Part shown: one piece after another, positions 35,593 to 44,817 of the stretch
How positions within the stretch are numbered: position 1 is the first letter of the stretch
How the letters are laid out: every line of letters begins with the position of its first letter
From: Chloroflexota bacterium
GTDB taxonomy: Bacteria > Chloroflexota > Anaerolineae > Promineifilales > Promineifilaceae
Direction: 5' to 3'
DNA: 64,000 nucleotides
Assembly (NCBI GenBank): GCA_013112725.1
Contig: JABFFZ010000004.1
Coordinates: 24,147-88,146, forward strand
Notes under the pieces: model-generated
What the model was told of the DNA's origin: nothing
Databases searched by the model: none
Seen by the model: only the letters and a program-made list of their open reading frames with translations
Program-made: the position numbers and the translations under genes

Positions 35593-36306
35593 CTAATCCC
35601 GCCTTCCCCCCGTCAAGAGCAGGACGTAGTACAGTAATTGGCCGATGGCGGCCACGGCGGCAGCTACATAGGTGAGGGCAGCCGCATCCAAGACCTTGTT
35701 GACGCCTTCGATCTCATCTTGAAAGAGAATACCCTGGCTAACCAGCAGCGATTTGGCCCGTTTGCTAGCGTCAAACTCCACCGGCAATGTTACCAGGGTA
35801 AAGAAGACGGCAATGGTAAATAAAGCCACGCCCACCCAGGCAATGGTCAGGCCTAACGAGGAGCCGCTAAAAACGTTCAGTAGGAAGCCGCCCATAAACA
35901 GCATCGGCGCTAACTGGCTGCCAAATTGGGTAGCGGGCACCAGGGCACTGCGCAAGCCCAATGGCGCGTAGTTGTTGGCGTGTTGCAGGGCGTGGCCCAT
36001 CTCATGGGCAGCCACACCGGCAGCGGCGACGCTGGGCGTATCGTACACATCGGGGCTGAGGCGCAAAACGCGGCTGCGAGGGTCATAGTGGTCGCTGAGA
36101 CGGCCGTCTACCCGTTCAATCTGCACATCATATAACCCTTGGGCATTGAGCAGTTCCCGCGCAACCTGTGCTCCGGTCATGCGCCGGGTAGTGGGTATTT
36201 TTGAATACTTATTGAACGCCCCTTTTACTTTGGCCTGGGCATATAAACCCAACAATAGGCCAGGGATGGCTAACATAATCCATAAGCCATAAGATGCAAA
36301 AAACAT
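35593..36306 (-). CDS. Membrane zinc metallopeptidase (Zn_peptidase_2 / YpfJ-like neutral metallopeptidase family)
   Basis: HEMGHALQH motif, an N-terminal TM helix and two C-terminal TM helices, in a 237-aa protein. Confidence 0.8.
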   Translation of the reverse strand: MFFASYGLWIMLAIPGLLLGLYAQAKVKGAFNKYSKIPTTRRMTGAQVARELLNAQGLYDVQIERVDGRLSDHYDPRSRVLRLSPDVYDTPSVAAAGVAAHEMGHALQHANNYAPLGLRSALVPATQFGSQLAPMLFMGGFLLNVFSGSSLGLTIAWVGVALFTIAVFFTLVTLPVEFDASKRAKSLLVSQGILFQDEIEGVNKVLDAAALTYVAAAVAAIGQLLYYVLLLTGGRRD

Positions 36307-36516
36307 TAGTTTTCTCCTTTTTACCGGTTTCTACCAGTTGTATTAATAATAGACCGGAAGGGCAGCAGCTTTGTCCGGTCTACGGATTTTTTAAGTTTTG
36401 ACGTTAGCTGTATACGATCTTAACATTAGCAGGACGTAGGAATCTGGCAACATTTAACCTGTTTTAATGGATGGTGGGCAAGTTAACAACCTTGCCTGCC
36501 ATAATGAGGAGTTGCA

Positions 36517-37869
36517 ATGAATGATAGCAGCTTTGGCTTGCCCCAAAATTTGGGTGATGGATTGGTGTTGCGTTGGGCCGAGCCGTCCGACGCTGAGGAA
36601 TTGGCTCAGTTCAACCTGCGTATTCACTCGGAAGATCCTGATGATCCGGAGATGTTTCTGGTTCATTGGACAAAAGAGTTGATGGCCGGCAATCACCCCA
36701 CCACAAAGGCCAACGATTTTACGGTGGTGGTGGATGAAAATGCCGGGGGCAAGATTGTCTCCAGTTTGAATCTGATTTCGCAAACATGGGCGTATGAGGG
36801 CATCCCTTTTGGCGTTGGCCGGCCGGAATTGGTGGGCACGGATGAGAAATACCGGCGGCGGGGCCTGGTGCGGGCGCAGTTTGAGGCTGTGCATGCCAAA
36901 AGCGCGGCGCGGGGTGAACTGGTGCAGGTGATCACCGGCATCCCCTGGTATTACCGCATGTATGAGTACGAGATGTGCGTAGACCTGGGCGGCAGCCGGG
37001 CGTATTACCTGCTGCCCTCGCGCCTGCACAAAACAATGGAAAAGCAGGAGGCCGAGAAATACCAGCTTCGCCCGGCCACAGCGGAGGATATACCGGCGCT
37101 GCGGGAACTGTATGCCCGGCATTGTGCGGGCAGTCTGCTTAGCCGGGTGCGCGATGAAGCCATCTGGCAGCACGAGCTTTTCCACGCCCACCGGGAGACG
37201 CACAATGCCCGGTTTATGTATCTGATCACGGCCGTAGCCGATAACACTCTCGCCGGTTATGTGGAAATTTCGCCCTGGCACGCCAACGGTATCTATTTTG
37301 TGCGAGAAATGGCAGCACAGCCTGGCCATTCCTTGCGGGCGCTGGCCCTTTTTGTCATTAACCATTTGGAAAAGAAAGCGGTGGAGTTTAACCAGACTGC
37401 CACAAAACCGATGGAGCGCATTTCTTTTGAATTGGGTACAGGGCATCCAGTTTACCAGGCATTGCCCCGGGAATTGGAAAAGCAGATACCACCATACAGT
37501 TATTATGTGCGTGTGCCTGATCTGGCGGCTTTTTTAACCCATATCACGCCTGTTTTAGAGCGGCGGCTGGCGGAAAGTGTGGTGGCCGGGCATACGGGCC
37601 AGCTGCGGTTGAATTTTTACCACAGCCAGTTAGCATTGGATTGGGAAAACGGCCGTCTCGCCAGCATCGCCCCCTACCAGCCCAAAGATTTCCACGATGG
37701 CCACGCCTTTTTCCCTGACCGGACGTTCCTGCAACTGCTTTTTGGGCATCGCAGTCTGGAGGAACTACGCTACAGCCGGGTGGATTGCAGCGCCCGGCAC
37801 GGGGACGCGGCTGTGTTGCTGGATGTGCTCTTCCCGCGACGGCCGTCGTGGGTCAGCCCGTTAGGGTAA
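36517..37869 (+). CDS. GNAT-family N-acetyltransferase with long C-terminal extension (Eis-like size)
   Basis: GAGGAG RBS. The acetyl-CoA motif A is YRRRGLVRAQFEAVH, within an N-terminal GNAT fold. The C-terminal about 250 aa are unassigned. Confidence 0.7.
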   Translation: MNDSSFGLPQNLGDGLVLRWAEPSDAEELAQFNLRIHSEDPDDPEMFLVHWTKELMAGNHPTTKANDFTVVVDENAGGKIVSSLNLISQTWAYEGIPFGVGRPELVGTDEKYRRRGLVRAQFEAVHAKSAARGELVQVITGIPWYYRMYEYEMCVDLGGSRAYYLLPSRLHKTMEKQEAEKYQLRPATAEDIPALRELYARHCAGSLLSRVRDEAIWQHELFHAHRETHNARFMYLITAVADNTLAGYVEISPWHANGIYFVREMAAQPGHSLRALALFVINHLEKKAVEFNQTATKPMERISFELGTGHPVYQALPRELEKQIPPYSYYVRVPDLAAFLTHITPVLERRLAESVVAGHTGQLRLNFYHSQLALDWENGRLASIAPYQPKDFHDGHAFFPDRTFLQLLFGHRSLEELRYSRVDCSARHGDAAVLLDVLFPRRPSWVSPLG

Positions 37870-37921
37870 TTGAGTAAATAAGTAATTGGGCAATTCCCCA
37901 CTTACCCACTTACCCAATTAC
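37866..37921. repeat. Octamer-repeat hairpin (GTAATTGR / CTTACCCA units)
   Basis: gtaattgagtaaataagtaattgggcaattccccacttacccacttacccaattac. The GNAT stop codon TAA lies inside the first unit. Confidence 0.85.
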
Positions 37922-37926
37922 AAAGC

Positions 37927-38883
37927 ATGGACATGATAAAACCATTCCTTGATCTTCAGGGATTGCTGGTGGTGGACGGTGGGTTGGCGACGGAGTTGGA
38001 ATGGCGCGGGTATGACTTGCATGATCCGCTCTGGTCGGCGCGGTTGCTGCTGGAAGAGCCGGCGGCCATCCAACAGGTACACACCGATTACCTGTGGGCA
38101 GGGGCAGACTGCATCATCGCCGCCAGCTACCAGGCAACGCTGCCGGGCTTGATGGCGCGGGGCCTGACGGAAGATGAAGCGGCTGATTTGCTACGGCTGG
38201 CGGTTAAACTGGCGTGTACGGCACGGGATATGTTTTGGGATGCGCATGAGCATCAGGACAGGCTACGGCCGTTGCAGAAACGGCTATGGCCGTTGGTGGC
38301 TGCCAGCATTGGCCCCTATGGCGCGTATCTGGCGAATGGGGCGGAATATACCGGCGATTATGACCTGGACACGTTCGGATTAGTGGCCTGGCACCGCTCA
38401 CGTTGGCATATTTTGGCAAACAGCGGCGCGGACTTGCTGGCTTGCGAAACGTGCCCTTCGCATAGCGAGTTGGAGGCGTATTGTGAATTGTTGTCGGAAA
38501 CGCCGCAGATGCCGGCCTGGGTGAGCTTTACGGCGCGGGACGGCCGTCACATCAGCGACGGTACGCCCATTGCCGATTGCGTCGCCCGGCTGCACGATAT
38601 TCCCAACGTGGTGGCGGTGGGGGTGAACTGCACGCCGCCCCGTCTGATGCCGGAATTGATTGCCGCCATTCAATCGGCGACCGATAAGTACATCATCGTG
38701 TATCCCAATTCGGGTGAACGGTATGATCCGGTGCAAAAGGTGTGGCGCGGTGAGTCTGACCCTTCCACCTACGGGGCAATGTGCCGTGAATGGCGCAAAT
38801 TGGGGGCGGTGTTGATTGGCGGCTGCTGCCGGACACGGCCGTCGCACATTCGCCAGATTCGGGATCGGGTGCGGGTAAACTAA
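37927..38883 (+). CDS. mmuM: Homocysteine S-methyltransferase
   Basis: VVDGGLATELE..G.DL.DPLWSA N-terminus and the zinc-ligand motifs (NC..P; IGGCCRTRPSHI). Confidence 0.85.
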   Translation: MDMIKPFLDLQGLLVVDGGLATELEWRGYDLHDPLWSARLLLEEPAAIQQVHTDYLWAGADCIIAASYQATLPGLMARGLTEDEAADLLRLAVKLACTARDMFWDAHEHQDRLRPLQKRLWPLVAASIGPYGAYLANGAEYTGDYDLDTFGLVAWHRSRWHILANSGADLLACETCPSHSELEAYCELLSETPQMPAWVSFTARDGRHISDGTPIADCVARLHDIPNVVAVGVNCTPPRLMPELIAAIQSATDKYIIVYPNSGERYDPVQKVWRGESDPSTYGAMCREWRKLGAVLIGGCCRTRPSHIRQIRDRVRVN

Positions 38884-38928
38884 GAAGAAATCAAGATATA
38901 GTTGAAATAAGTGCCGGATGAGAAATAC

Positions 38929-39264
38929 CTACATCGGAATCTCTACCAGATTTGCCAGACCATTGAGAGTGACAACAAAATGGTTGAGTAAATCTCGCCC
39001 CAGAATCATCTGGCGATTGTGTCTATCGGCAACAACTTCTACCCGCCCCATATGCTGACCGGCTATCTGCACAGCTACCTCAAAAACATCTACTTGCTGC
39101 CGGGCGCCATTAATGGCTACTATGTAAGTACGACCTATTTTTCGGGCGTGGATTTGCTTCAAGATAGATAACGGCGTCATTGTTCCATCTGAACCCGAAT
39201 CTATCAGGGCATTTAGCAATATCCCATCTTGGGTGTCACCAAAACGAGTAACCTTCACCTCCAT
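38929..39264 (-). CDS. Stand-alone retropepsin-like (clan AA) aspartic protease, single lobe
   Basis: 111 aa. The catalytic D-S-G is in ALIDSGSDGTM and the retropepsin ILGRDLL motif lies near the C-terminus. There is no signal peptide or TM helix. Local GC is lower than the flanks. Confidence 0.7.
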   Translation of the reverse strand: MEVKVTRFGDTQDGILLNALIDSGSDGTMTPLSILKQIHARKIGRTYIVAINGARQQVDVFEVAVQIAGQHMGRVEVVADRHNRQMILGRDLLNHFVVTLNGLANLVEIPM

Positions 39265-39323
39265 GACCGGAAAGGCGGTAGGTAACTACGATCATATTCG
39301 AAGGTGTACAGCAACTGGCTCAT

Positions 39324-39728
39324 CTATTTTTCCAGGCGAAAAGAAGGTATATTGAGTGTACGGAAAGGTTGTTCTTCTACCTTAGACATCCAGACGAATG
39401 TGTCAGGATACTTTTCATTGATACGATGGCTGAGGGCAATGTCAACCGGGTCGTGATCTATTAACTCGCCCTCATAAATTGCTACATAATGTCCTGGGTA
39501 TTTTTCCCATAGAGTCGGGTGCAGGGCCAGATAAGCCGACATCTCACGATCTACCACATCATTACCTGTCCCCTGGTTACCGTCTTCAGGCAAAGGTTTG
39601 TCTAAAACAGGTGACTCCTCTAACGCTTCCACCAGTAAAGTAGGGACATCTTGATGATTTATCTGGGCAATTCGGATAGCCCGACGATACAGTTCTTCTG
39701 GCAAGTTGAGGATGATTTGTGTACCCAT
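39324..39728 (-). CDS. RHH-like N-terminal domain + DUF5678-like C-terminal domain protein
   Basis: AAGGAG RBS and ATG at 39728 (MGTQIILNLPEELYRRAIRIAQINHQDVPTLLVEALEE, a strand-helix-helix pattern). An acidic, Gly-rich linker follows. The C-terminus LWEKYPGHYVAIYEGELIDHD...KYPDTFVWMSKV resembles DUF5678. The gene lies 59 nt upstream of the protease gene. Confidence 0.55.
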   Translation of the reverse strand: MGTQIILNLPEELYRRAIRIAQINHQDVPTLLVEALEESPVLDKPLPEDGNQGTGNDVVDREMSAYLALHPTLWEKYPGHYVAIYEGELIDHDPVDIALSHRINEKYPDTFVWMSKVEEQPFRTLNIPSFRLEK

Positions 39729-39919
39729 TTTCATCTCCTTCAATCGTATTGTACCATCAATCCTCCTTTTAAGCAGAGGGCCTGCATAGTGACATCCTGT
39801 CGCTGTTTTTGGATTAAGAATTGCCGATTACCAGACACGGCCGTTCGTTTTTTTACGCCCACCTTTGTACAATCGCCCCATGATGACCCGATGGAGATAA
39901 TGCGGAGGGAGAGTGTTTG

Positions 39920-41902
39920 ATGCGCCGAATTGTTGTGTTGTTTCTTTTATTTTGTGTTTTGCTGGCGGTGGTGAGTTATTCCATGGTGGATGCCCAGGAA
40001 CCGGTGACGACGCCATCACCCACTGAACTTTCACCAACGCCAGCACCTGGCCCTTTGCCCCAATCTATTTTCCTGGAACCGATTGATCCAGAAACAATTG
40101 ATACACCGTTGATTCCGGTAGGGGGAAACGCGGGCAGCGATTTATGCCAGTCGGCGACCGATGTCACCTTTCTCAATACGGCCGTTGGTGGGGTGACGCC
40201 CAACGTGCAGGCGTTTACCCACGATACTAATGACCCGGTTTTGAGCTGTATGTGGCCGGGGGCGACCCGACCCAATGGGTACCGGACGGTGTGGTATAAG
40301 TTCACGCCGGTGACCAATGCGGTTGTTACCATCAATAGTGATACCTCCAACTATGACACGGTGGTGGGTGTTTTCACTTCGACAGACGAGGCTAACCCCT
40401 GTCTGGCCTTGCAGCCGGTGGCCTGTAATGATGATTTCACCGGGTTTACGTCACAGGTGACGTTCACGGCCGTGCAGTACCAGACCTATTATGTGGTCAT
40501 TGCCGATTGGTCGGCCGCCAGTTCCGGCCAGTTGACGCTCAACATCTTCATGCAGCCGCAGCCGGGTGAGGAAAAGTGGGAACTGGTGGATAACAACCCC
40601 AACGGACAGGTGACGCACCACGATACGGTGGCTGCCGGTGAGCATATCTACGTGGTGGGTGGACAGGACAATGTTTCCAGCGCGCCCACGCGCAGCAACC
40701 GGCTGATGCGTTATTACCCGCCGACCAATAGTTGGGAAACGATGGCCCAAATACCAGGGTTGGGGCTGTCGGATTTAACGGCCGTACACGTCAACGGCGC
40801 CATTTATGTGCCCGGTGGTGATAACGGTGCGCCCGATGTTTTTAACGGCACGCATTACATGTATCATATCAATGGCAATTTTTGGTCTCTGCTGCCTTCA
40901 CCGCCGGCAGCAGTGGGGTGGGCGCAGGCCGTGGCCGCAGCCGATAGCTCCGGTTATTATCTTATCGGAGGCATCAGCCAAAAACCCGCTTTAGACCCCG
41001 GTGTTTACGGCCGTGCTGAAACCTACTTTTTTGACATTGCCAGCAATTCCTGGTTGCCACGGCCGGCTATGAACACTGGCCGGTACGGGCATATGGCCGC
41101 GCGTATCGGCAACCACATTTGTGTGGTGGGCGGCGTCAGTGGCAATGTGCTGCTGCGTGGGGGGGAGTGCCTGGCCCCCTTTGGCAACTGGCAGCCTACT
41201 GGCGATCTCAACATTCCCCGCTTCGGTGCGGGCAGCGCCATCGGCCCGGATGGGAACTGGTATGTTTTTGGTGGCATGACCGTGAATGCCAATGGGCAAT
41301 ATGTAGCCGTCTCTTCAACAGAAGTTTTTAACTCCTCTACCCGCAGTTGGTCAGTGTTGAATGTGCCCTATGACCTGCGTGATCCCAATACAGTTTTTGC
41401 CCGTGCTTATCCAGCTGGGGAATTTTGGGGCAACCATCTATATGCGTTTGGCGGCAATCATTATGTACCCAGTCTAAATGAATATCAGGTAGTCCCCCTG
41501 GTGCAGCGCCTCTACGTGCCCAGCGAAAGATTGTTTTTACCATTTATCAGACGCAGCGGCGCTTCTGATTTTGATGACAACATGGCGGCAGCTAAAGGAT
41601 TGCCGCCCAACTTCTGGTACGGCGGAAATTTCAACAGCACTTATGACTTTTATGACTTCTATTATTTTGACCTGAATGCGTTTAGCGGCGTTTCAGTACA
41701 GCTAACGGGCATCCCGGCCGGCAGCAACTATGACCTGTATGTGTTTAGCAACACCAAGCTGCTGTGGGGTTCCAGCGTAAATCCGGGCAATTTGAACGAG
41801 ACGGTAAACCTGAGCCTGGGAACGGGGCGGTATTATGTGCTGGTGCAGCGGCTCTATGGCCCCTCGGAAGCTTCAGGCTATCAGATAGCGGTGCTACGCT
41901 AA
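39920..41902 (+). CDS. Secreted Kelch-repeat beta-propeller protein with N- and C-terminal PPC-like (pre-peptidase C-terminal type) domains
   Basis: Signal peptide, then an N-terminal beta-sandwich with a CNDD motif. Kelch-like blades follow (HIYVVGG, AIYVPGG, GYYLIGG, HICVVGG, NWYVFGG, HLYAFGG). After an LFLPFIRR motif comes a C-terminal PPC-like domain (YDFYYFDL...YDLYVFS...GRYYVLV). Confidence 0.75.
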   Translation: MRRIVVLFLLFCVLLAVVSYSMVDAQEPVTTPSPTELSPTPAPGPLPQSIFLEPIDPETIDTPLIPVGGNAGSDLCQSATDVTFLNTAVGGVTPNVQAFTHDTNDPVLSCMWPGATRPNGYRTVWYKFTPVTNAVVTINSDTSNYDTVVGVFTSTDEANPCLALQPVACNDDFTGFTSQVTFTAVQYQTYYVVIADWSAASSGQLTLNIFMQPQPGEEKWELVDNNPNGQVTHHDTVAAGEHIYVVGGQDNVSSAPTRSNRLMRYYPPTNSWETMAQIPGLGLSDLTAVHVNGAIYVPGGDNGAPDVFNGTHYMYHINGNFWSLLPSPPAAVGWAQAVAAADSSGYYLIGGISQKPALDPGVYGRAETYFFDIASNSWLPRPAMNTGRYGHMAARIGNHICVVGGVSGNVLLRGGECLAPFGNWQPTGDLNIPRFGAGSAIGPDGNWYVFGGMTVNANGQYVAVSSTEVFNSSTRSWSVLNVPYDLRDPNTVFARAYPAGEFWGNHLYAFGGNHYVPSLNEYQVVPLVQRLYVPSERLFLPFIRRSGASDFDDNMAAAKGLPPNFWYGGNFNSTYDFYDFYYFDLNAFSGVSVQLTGIPAGSNYDLYVFSNTKLLWGSSVNPGNLNETVNLSLGTGRYYVLVQRLYGPSEASGYQIAVLR

Positions 41903-41955
41903 CGGACTATTTTATTCCCAAACTTCACCAAGAGTTAAACGGAACAACTCATTAT

Positions 41956-42003
41956 GGAGGAGAGGCTTTAGCCGATGCGCGGTTCGCCTGAAGGCTCTCC
42001 TCC
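41956..42003. terminator. Hairpin between convergent Kelch and treS genes (GGAGGAGAGGCTT ... AAGGCTCTCCTCC)
   Basis: 13-bp arms with one mismatch and a 22-nt loop. It shares the GAGGCTTTAGCCGA core with 24852-24897. There is no clear U-tract. Confidence 0.5.
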
Positions 42004-42047
42004 GACTGCCTACATGTCAGATTGGGGGCGCTATAGGCGGTCACATT

Positions 42048-43652
42048 CTATGTCTTTACCAGCCACCAGGCAGCATGAGGCGGAAGATTGAACGTATTGT
42101 CTGCTACAGGTTCGCTGTCTGGATGGAGAAGGTCGTGATACGGACCCTCTCCCTTTAACTCCACTCGCTGTGCCGCATCCGACAAATTGAACACACACAG
42201 CACCGACCGATCACCGTTTACCGATAACCGATCACCATTCCGGCGAAAAGCTAATACCCCCACATTCCCCGTCTCCACAAATTCAAAATCTCCCCGCTGC
42301 AAAGCGGGCTGGCTCTGCCGCGTTTGCAGCAGAAAACGCAGCCGGTTCAGGTAAGAACCGGGATCATCTTCCTGCGCGGCCACATTCCGTTGGCGATAAT
42401 CATCATTCACCGGCAGATATGTCTCGTTGGCATCGGAGAAGCCCGCGTTTTTGGAATCATCCCACTGCATCGGCGTGCGGCAGCCATGCCGGTCTGGCAG
42501 CCAGATATTATCTCCCATCCCAATCTCATCCCCATAATATACAATCGGCGTCCCCGGCAATGACAAAAACAGCGCATGGAGCAAAAACCACCTCTCTTTA
42601 TCAAAATCCAACAGCGGCGCCAGCCGCCGCCGGATGCCCAGATTCAGGCGCATACGCGGCTCCGGTGCATACTGTTCCCACATCCATTGCCGCACAGCCG
42701 GCGTTACCATCTCCAGCGTCAGTTCGTCGTGATTGCGCAAAAAAGTCATCCACTGCGTGCCTGGTGGAATCGGCGGCGTCCGCGCCCAGATGTCCACAAT
42801 CGGCGTCTTGTCCTGCGCCTTCAACGCCTGGTACAGCCGGGGCATGATAGGAAAGTGAAAACAAACCTGGAATTCAGGATTTTCCGGCGTACCAAAATAA
42901 GGCAGCAAATCTTCCGGCCATTGGTTCGCCTCCGCGATCAGCAGCGTACCGGGGTATTCGCTGTCCACCATCCGCCGCACCTTTTGTAAAAACTGATGCG
43001 TTTCCGGTAGATTTTCACAGTTCGTCCCCTCCCGTTCATACAGATAGGGAATGGCGTCCACGCGGAAACCATCAATGCCCATATCCAGCCAGAAGCGCAT
43101 GATGTCAAACATCTCCTCATGCACTTTGGGGTTGTCGTAGTTCAAATCGGGCTGGCTGCTGTAAAAACGGTGCCAGAAATACTGCCCGGCGACTTCATCA
43201 TACGTCCAGTTAGACTTTTCCACGTCCAGAAAGATGATGCGTGTCTCGGCATACTCGGCGCCCGTGTCGCTCCACACGTAATAATTGCGGTAGGGAGAGT
43301 TTTTGTCTTGCCGCGCTGCCTGGAACCAGGGATGCTGGTCGGAAGTATGGTTCATCACCATGTCCGTAATCACCCGCAGCCCGCGCTCGTGGGCCGCATC
43401 CAGAAACGCCTTAAAATCAGCCAGTGTGCCAAAGTCAGGATGCACGTCCCGGTAATCAGAAATATCGTATCCCCCATCCAGCAGCGGCGAGGCGTAATGG
43501 GGCATAATCCAGATGCAATTAACGCCTAACGACTTGATGTGATCCAGCCGGGCAATCGCCCCCCGGAAATCTCCCTGCCCATCCCCATTACTATCCTGAT
43601 ACGCCCGAATATAAAGCTCGTAAAAAACGGCGTCGTGGTACCAATCTTCCAT
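42048..43652 (-). CDS. treS: Trehalose synthase / maltose alpha-D-glucosyltransferase (GH13)
   Basis: [102 protein letters not shown] and [21 protein letters not shown] form the characteristic TreS block pattern. Confidence 0.85.
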   Translation of the reverse strand: MEDWYHDAVFYELYIRAYQDSNGDGQGDFRGAIARLDHIKSLGVNCIWIMPHYASPLLDGGYDISDYRDVHPDFGTLADFKAFLDAAHERGLRVITDMVMNHTSDQHPWFQAARQDKNSPYRNYYVWSDTGAEYAETRIIFLDVEKSNWTYDEVAGQYFWHRFYSSQPDLNYDNPKVHEEMFDIMRFWLDMGIDGFRVDAIPYLYEREGTNCENLPETHQFLQKVRRMVDSEYPGTLLIAEANQWPEDLLPYFGTPENPEFQVCFHFPIMPRLYQALKAQDKTPIVDIWARTPPIPPGTQWMTFLRNHDELTLEMVTPAVRQWMWEQYAPEPRMRLNLGIRRRLAPLLDFDKERWFLLHALFLSLPGTPIVYYGDEIGMGDNIWLPDRHGCRTPMQWDDSKNAGFSDANETYLPVNDDYRQRNVAAQEDDPGSYLNRLRFLLQTRQSQPALQRGDFEFVETGNVGVLAFRRNGDRLSVNGDRSVLCVFNLSDAAQRVELKGEGPYHDLLHPDSEPVADNTFNLPPHAAWWLVKT

Positions 43653-43657
43653 TATGT

Positions 43658-43708
43658 GTAATTGGGTAATTGAGTAATTGAGTAATTGCCATAATTACTC
43701 AATTACTC
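43658..43708. repeat. Octamer-repeat hairpin (GTAATTGR x4 / AATTACTC x2) between a permease gene and treS
   Basis: gtaattgggtaattgagtaattgagtaattgcc ataattactcaattactc. Confidence 0.85.
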
Positions 43709-43712
43709 CCTC

Positions 43713-44816
43713 CTATCCTTTGACCGAACCGGCCATCATGCCGCGCACAAAGTAGCGCTGCAAGCCAAAAAATACGGCCAACGGCAGCACCATGGAGACA
43801 AAAGCCCCGGCCGTCAGCAGATGCCATTCACTGCCGCGTGAGCCGACAATGGCCGCCATACGCTGCGTTACCAGTTCAAATTCCGGGTTGCCGCCCAGGA
43901 AAATCAAGGCCACCAGGTAATCATTCCACACCCACAGGAATTGGAAGATGGCAAAGGAGGCCAGCGCCGGTACCGACAGGGGCAAAACCAGCCGGGTAAA
44001 CACTGTGAAGTGCGAAGCGCCATCAATAAAGGCCGACTCCAACGTTTCGCGGGGTAGGGTGCTGATGTAGTTGAAGAGCAGATACGTGGCTAAGGCCAAC
44101 CCAAAGCCGGTGTGCGCCAGCCAGATTGCCAGGAAGGTGCCGTTGATCTGCAAGGCCCGGTAGTCACGCAAAAGTGGCACCAGGGCGATTTGCAGCGGCA
44201 CCACCAGCATAGCCACCACCAGAATAAACATCCATTTTCGGCCGGGAAAGCTCATCCAGGCAAAGGCATAGGCCGCAAAAGCGGCGATCAGAATAGGGAT
44301 CACCGTCGAGGGGATAGTTACCGCCAGACTATTGAGGAAGGCCCTGGTCATGTTATCGCCAGGTACTACTTCCACGGTGCCATCGGGCCGTGTGAACTCA
44401 AAACTCTGGCCACCTAAAACCTGCCGGTAATTGTCCAGGGTGAAGTTCCAACTGACTGTCCACACCTGTTCCTGAACTTCCACCATGCCAATGCGGCGGT
44501 TGCCAATCCAGGTGATGCGCTTTCCATCAGGCGAAGTAACGCCGTTGCGAAACTCTTCAAACGTGCCCGTAACCCCAGCAATGACCATCACTTCCGTAGG
44601 GTCAAGCCCTTCAGCGCGGGGGTCAATCGTTTCGGTGGCCTGCCATTCCCGATGCGGTAAGATGCTCCACCAGCCGGATGTGGTAATGTCATTGCGGACT
44701 CGGAAGGAGGAGATAAAAATACCCAGTGTGGGAATGGTCCAGATCAGGATGATGATCAGGAGGGCGCCATTGACAAACAGGCTACCCAGCCGTTTTCTTC
44801 TTTTTGCGCTGCTCAT
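43713..44816 (-). CDS. Carbohydrate ABC transporter permease (MalG-like) with large extracytoplasmic loop
   Basis: Six TM helices and the EAA loop motif ESAFIDGASHFTVFTRLVLP. Confidence 0.85.
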   Translation of the reverse strand: MSSAKRRKRLGSLFVNGALLIIILIWTIPTLGIFISSFRVRNDITTSGWWSILPHREWQATETIDPRAEGLDPTEVMVIAGVTGTFEEFRNGVTSPDGKRITWIGNRRIGMVEVQEQVWTVSWNFTLDNYRQVLGGQSFEFTRPDGTVEVVPGDNMTRAFLNSLAVTIPSTVIPILIAAFAAYAFAWMSFPGRKWMFILVVAMLVVPLQIALVPLLRDYRALQINGTFLAIWLAHTGFGLALATYLLFNYISTLPRETLESAFIDGASHFTVFTRLVLPLSVPALASFAIFQFLWVWNDYLVALIFLGGNPEFELVTQRMAAIVGSRGSEWHLLTAGAFVSMVLPLAVFFGLQRYFVRGMMAGSVKG

Positions 44817-44817
44817 C

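Noticed and set aside
36454-37446. 330-aa minus-strand ORF
   Set aside because: It is antisense to the GNAT gene, which has an RBS and the acetyl-CoA motif. The ORF has no recognisable motifs and has shadow-frame composition.
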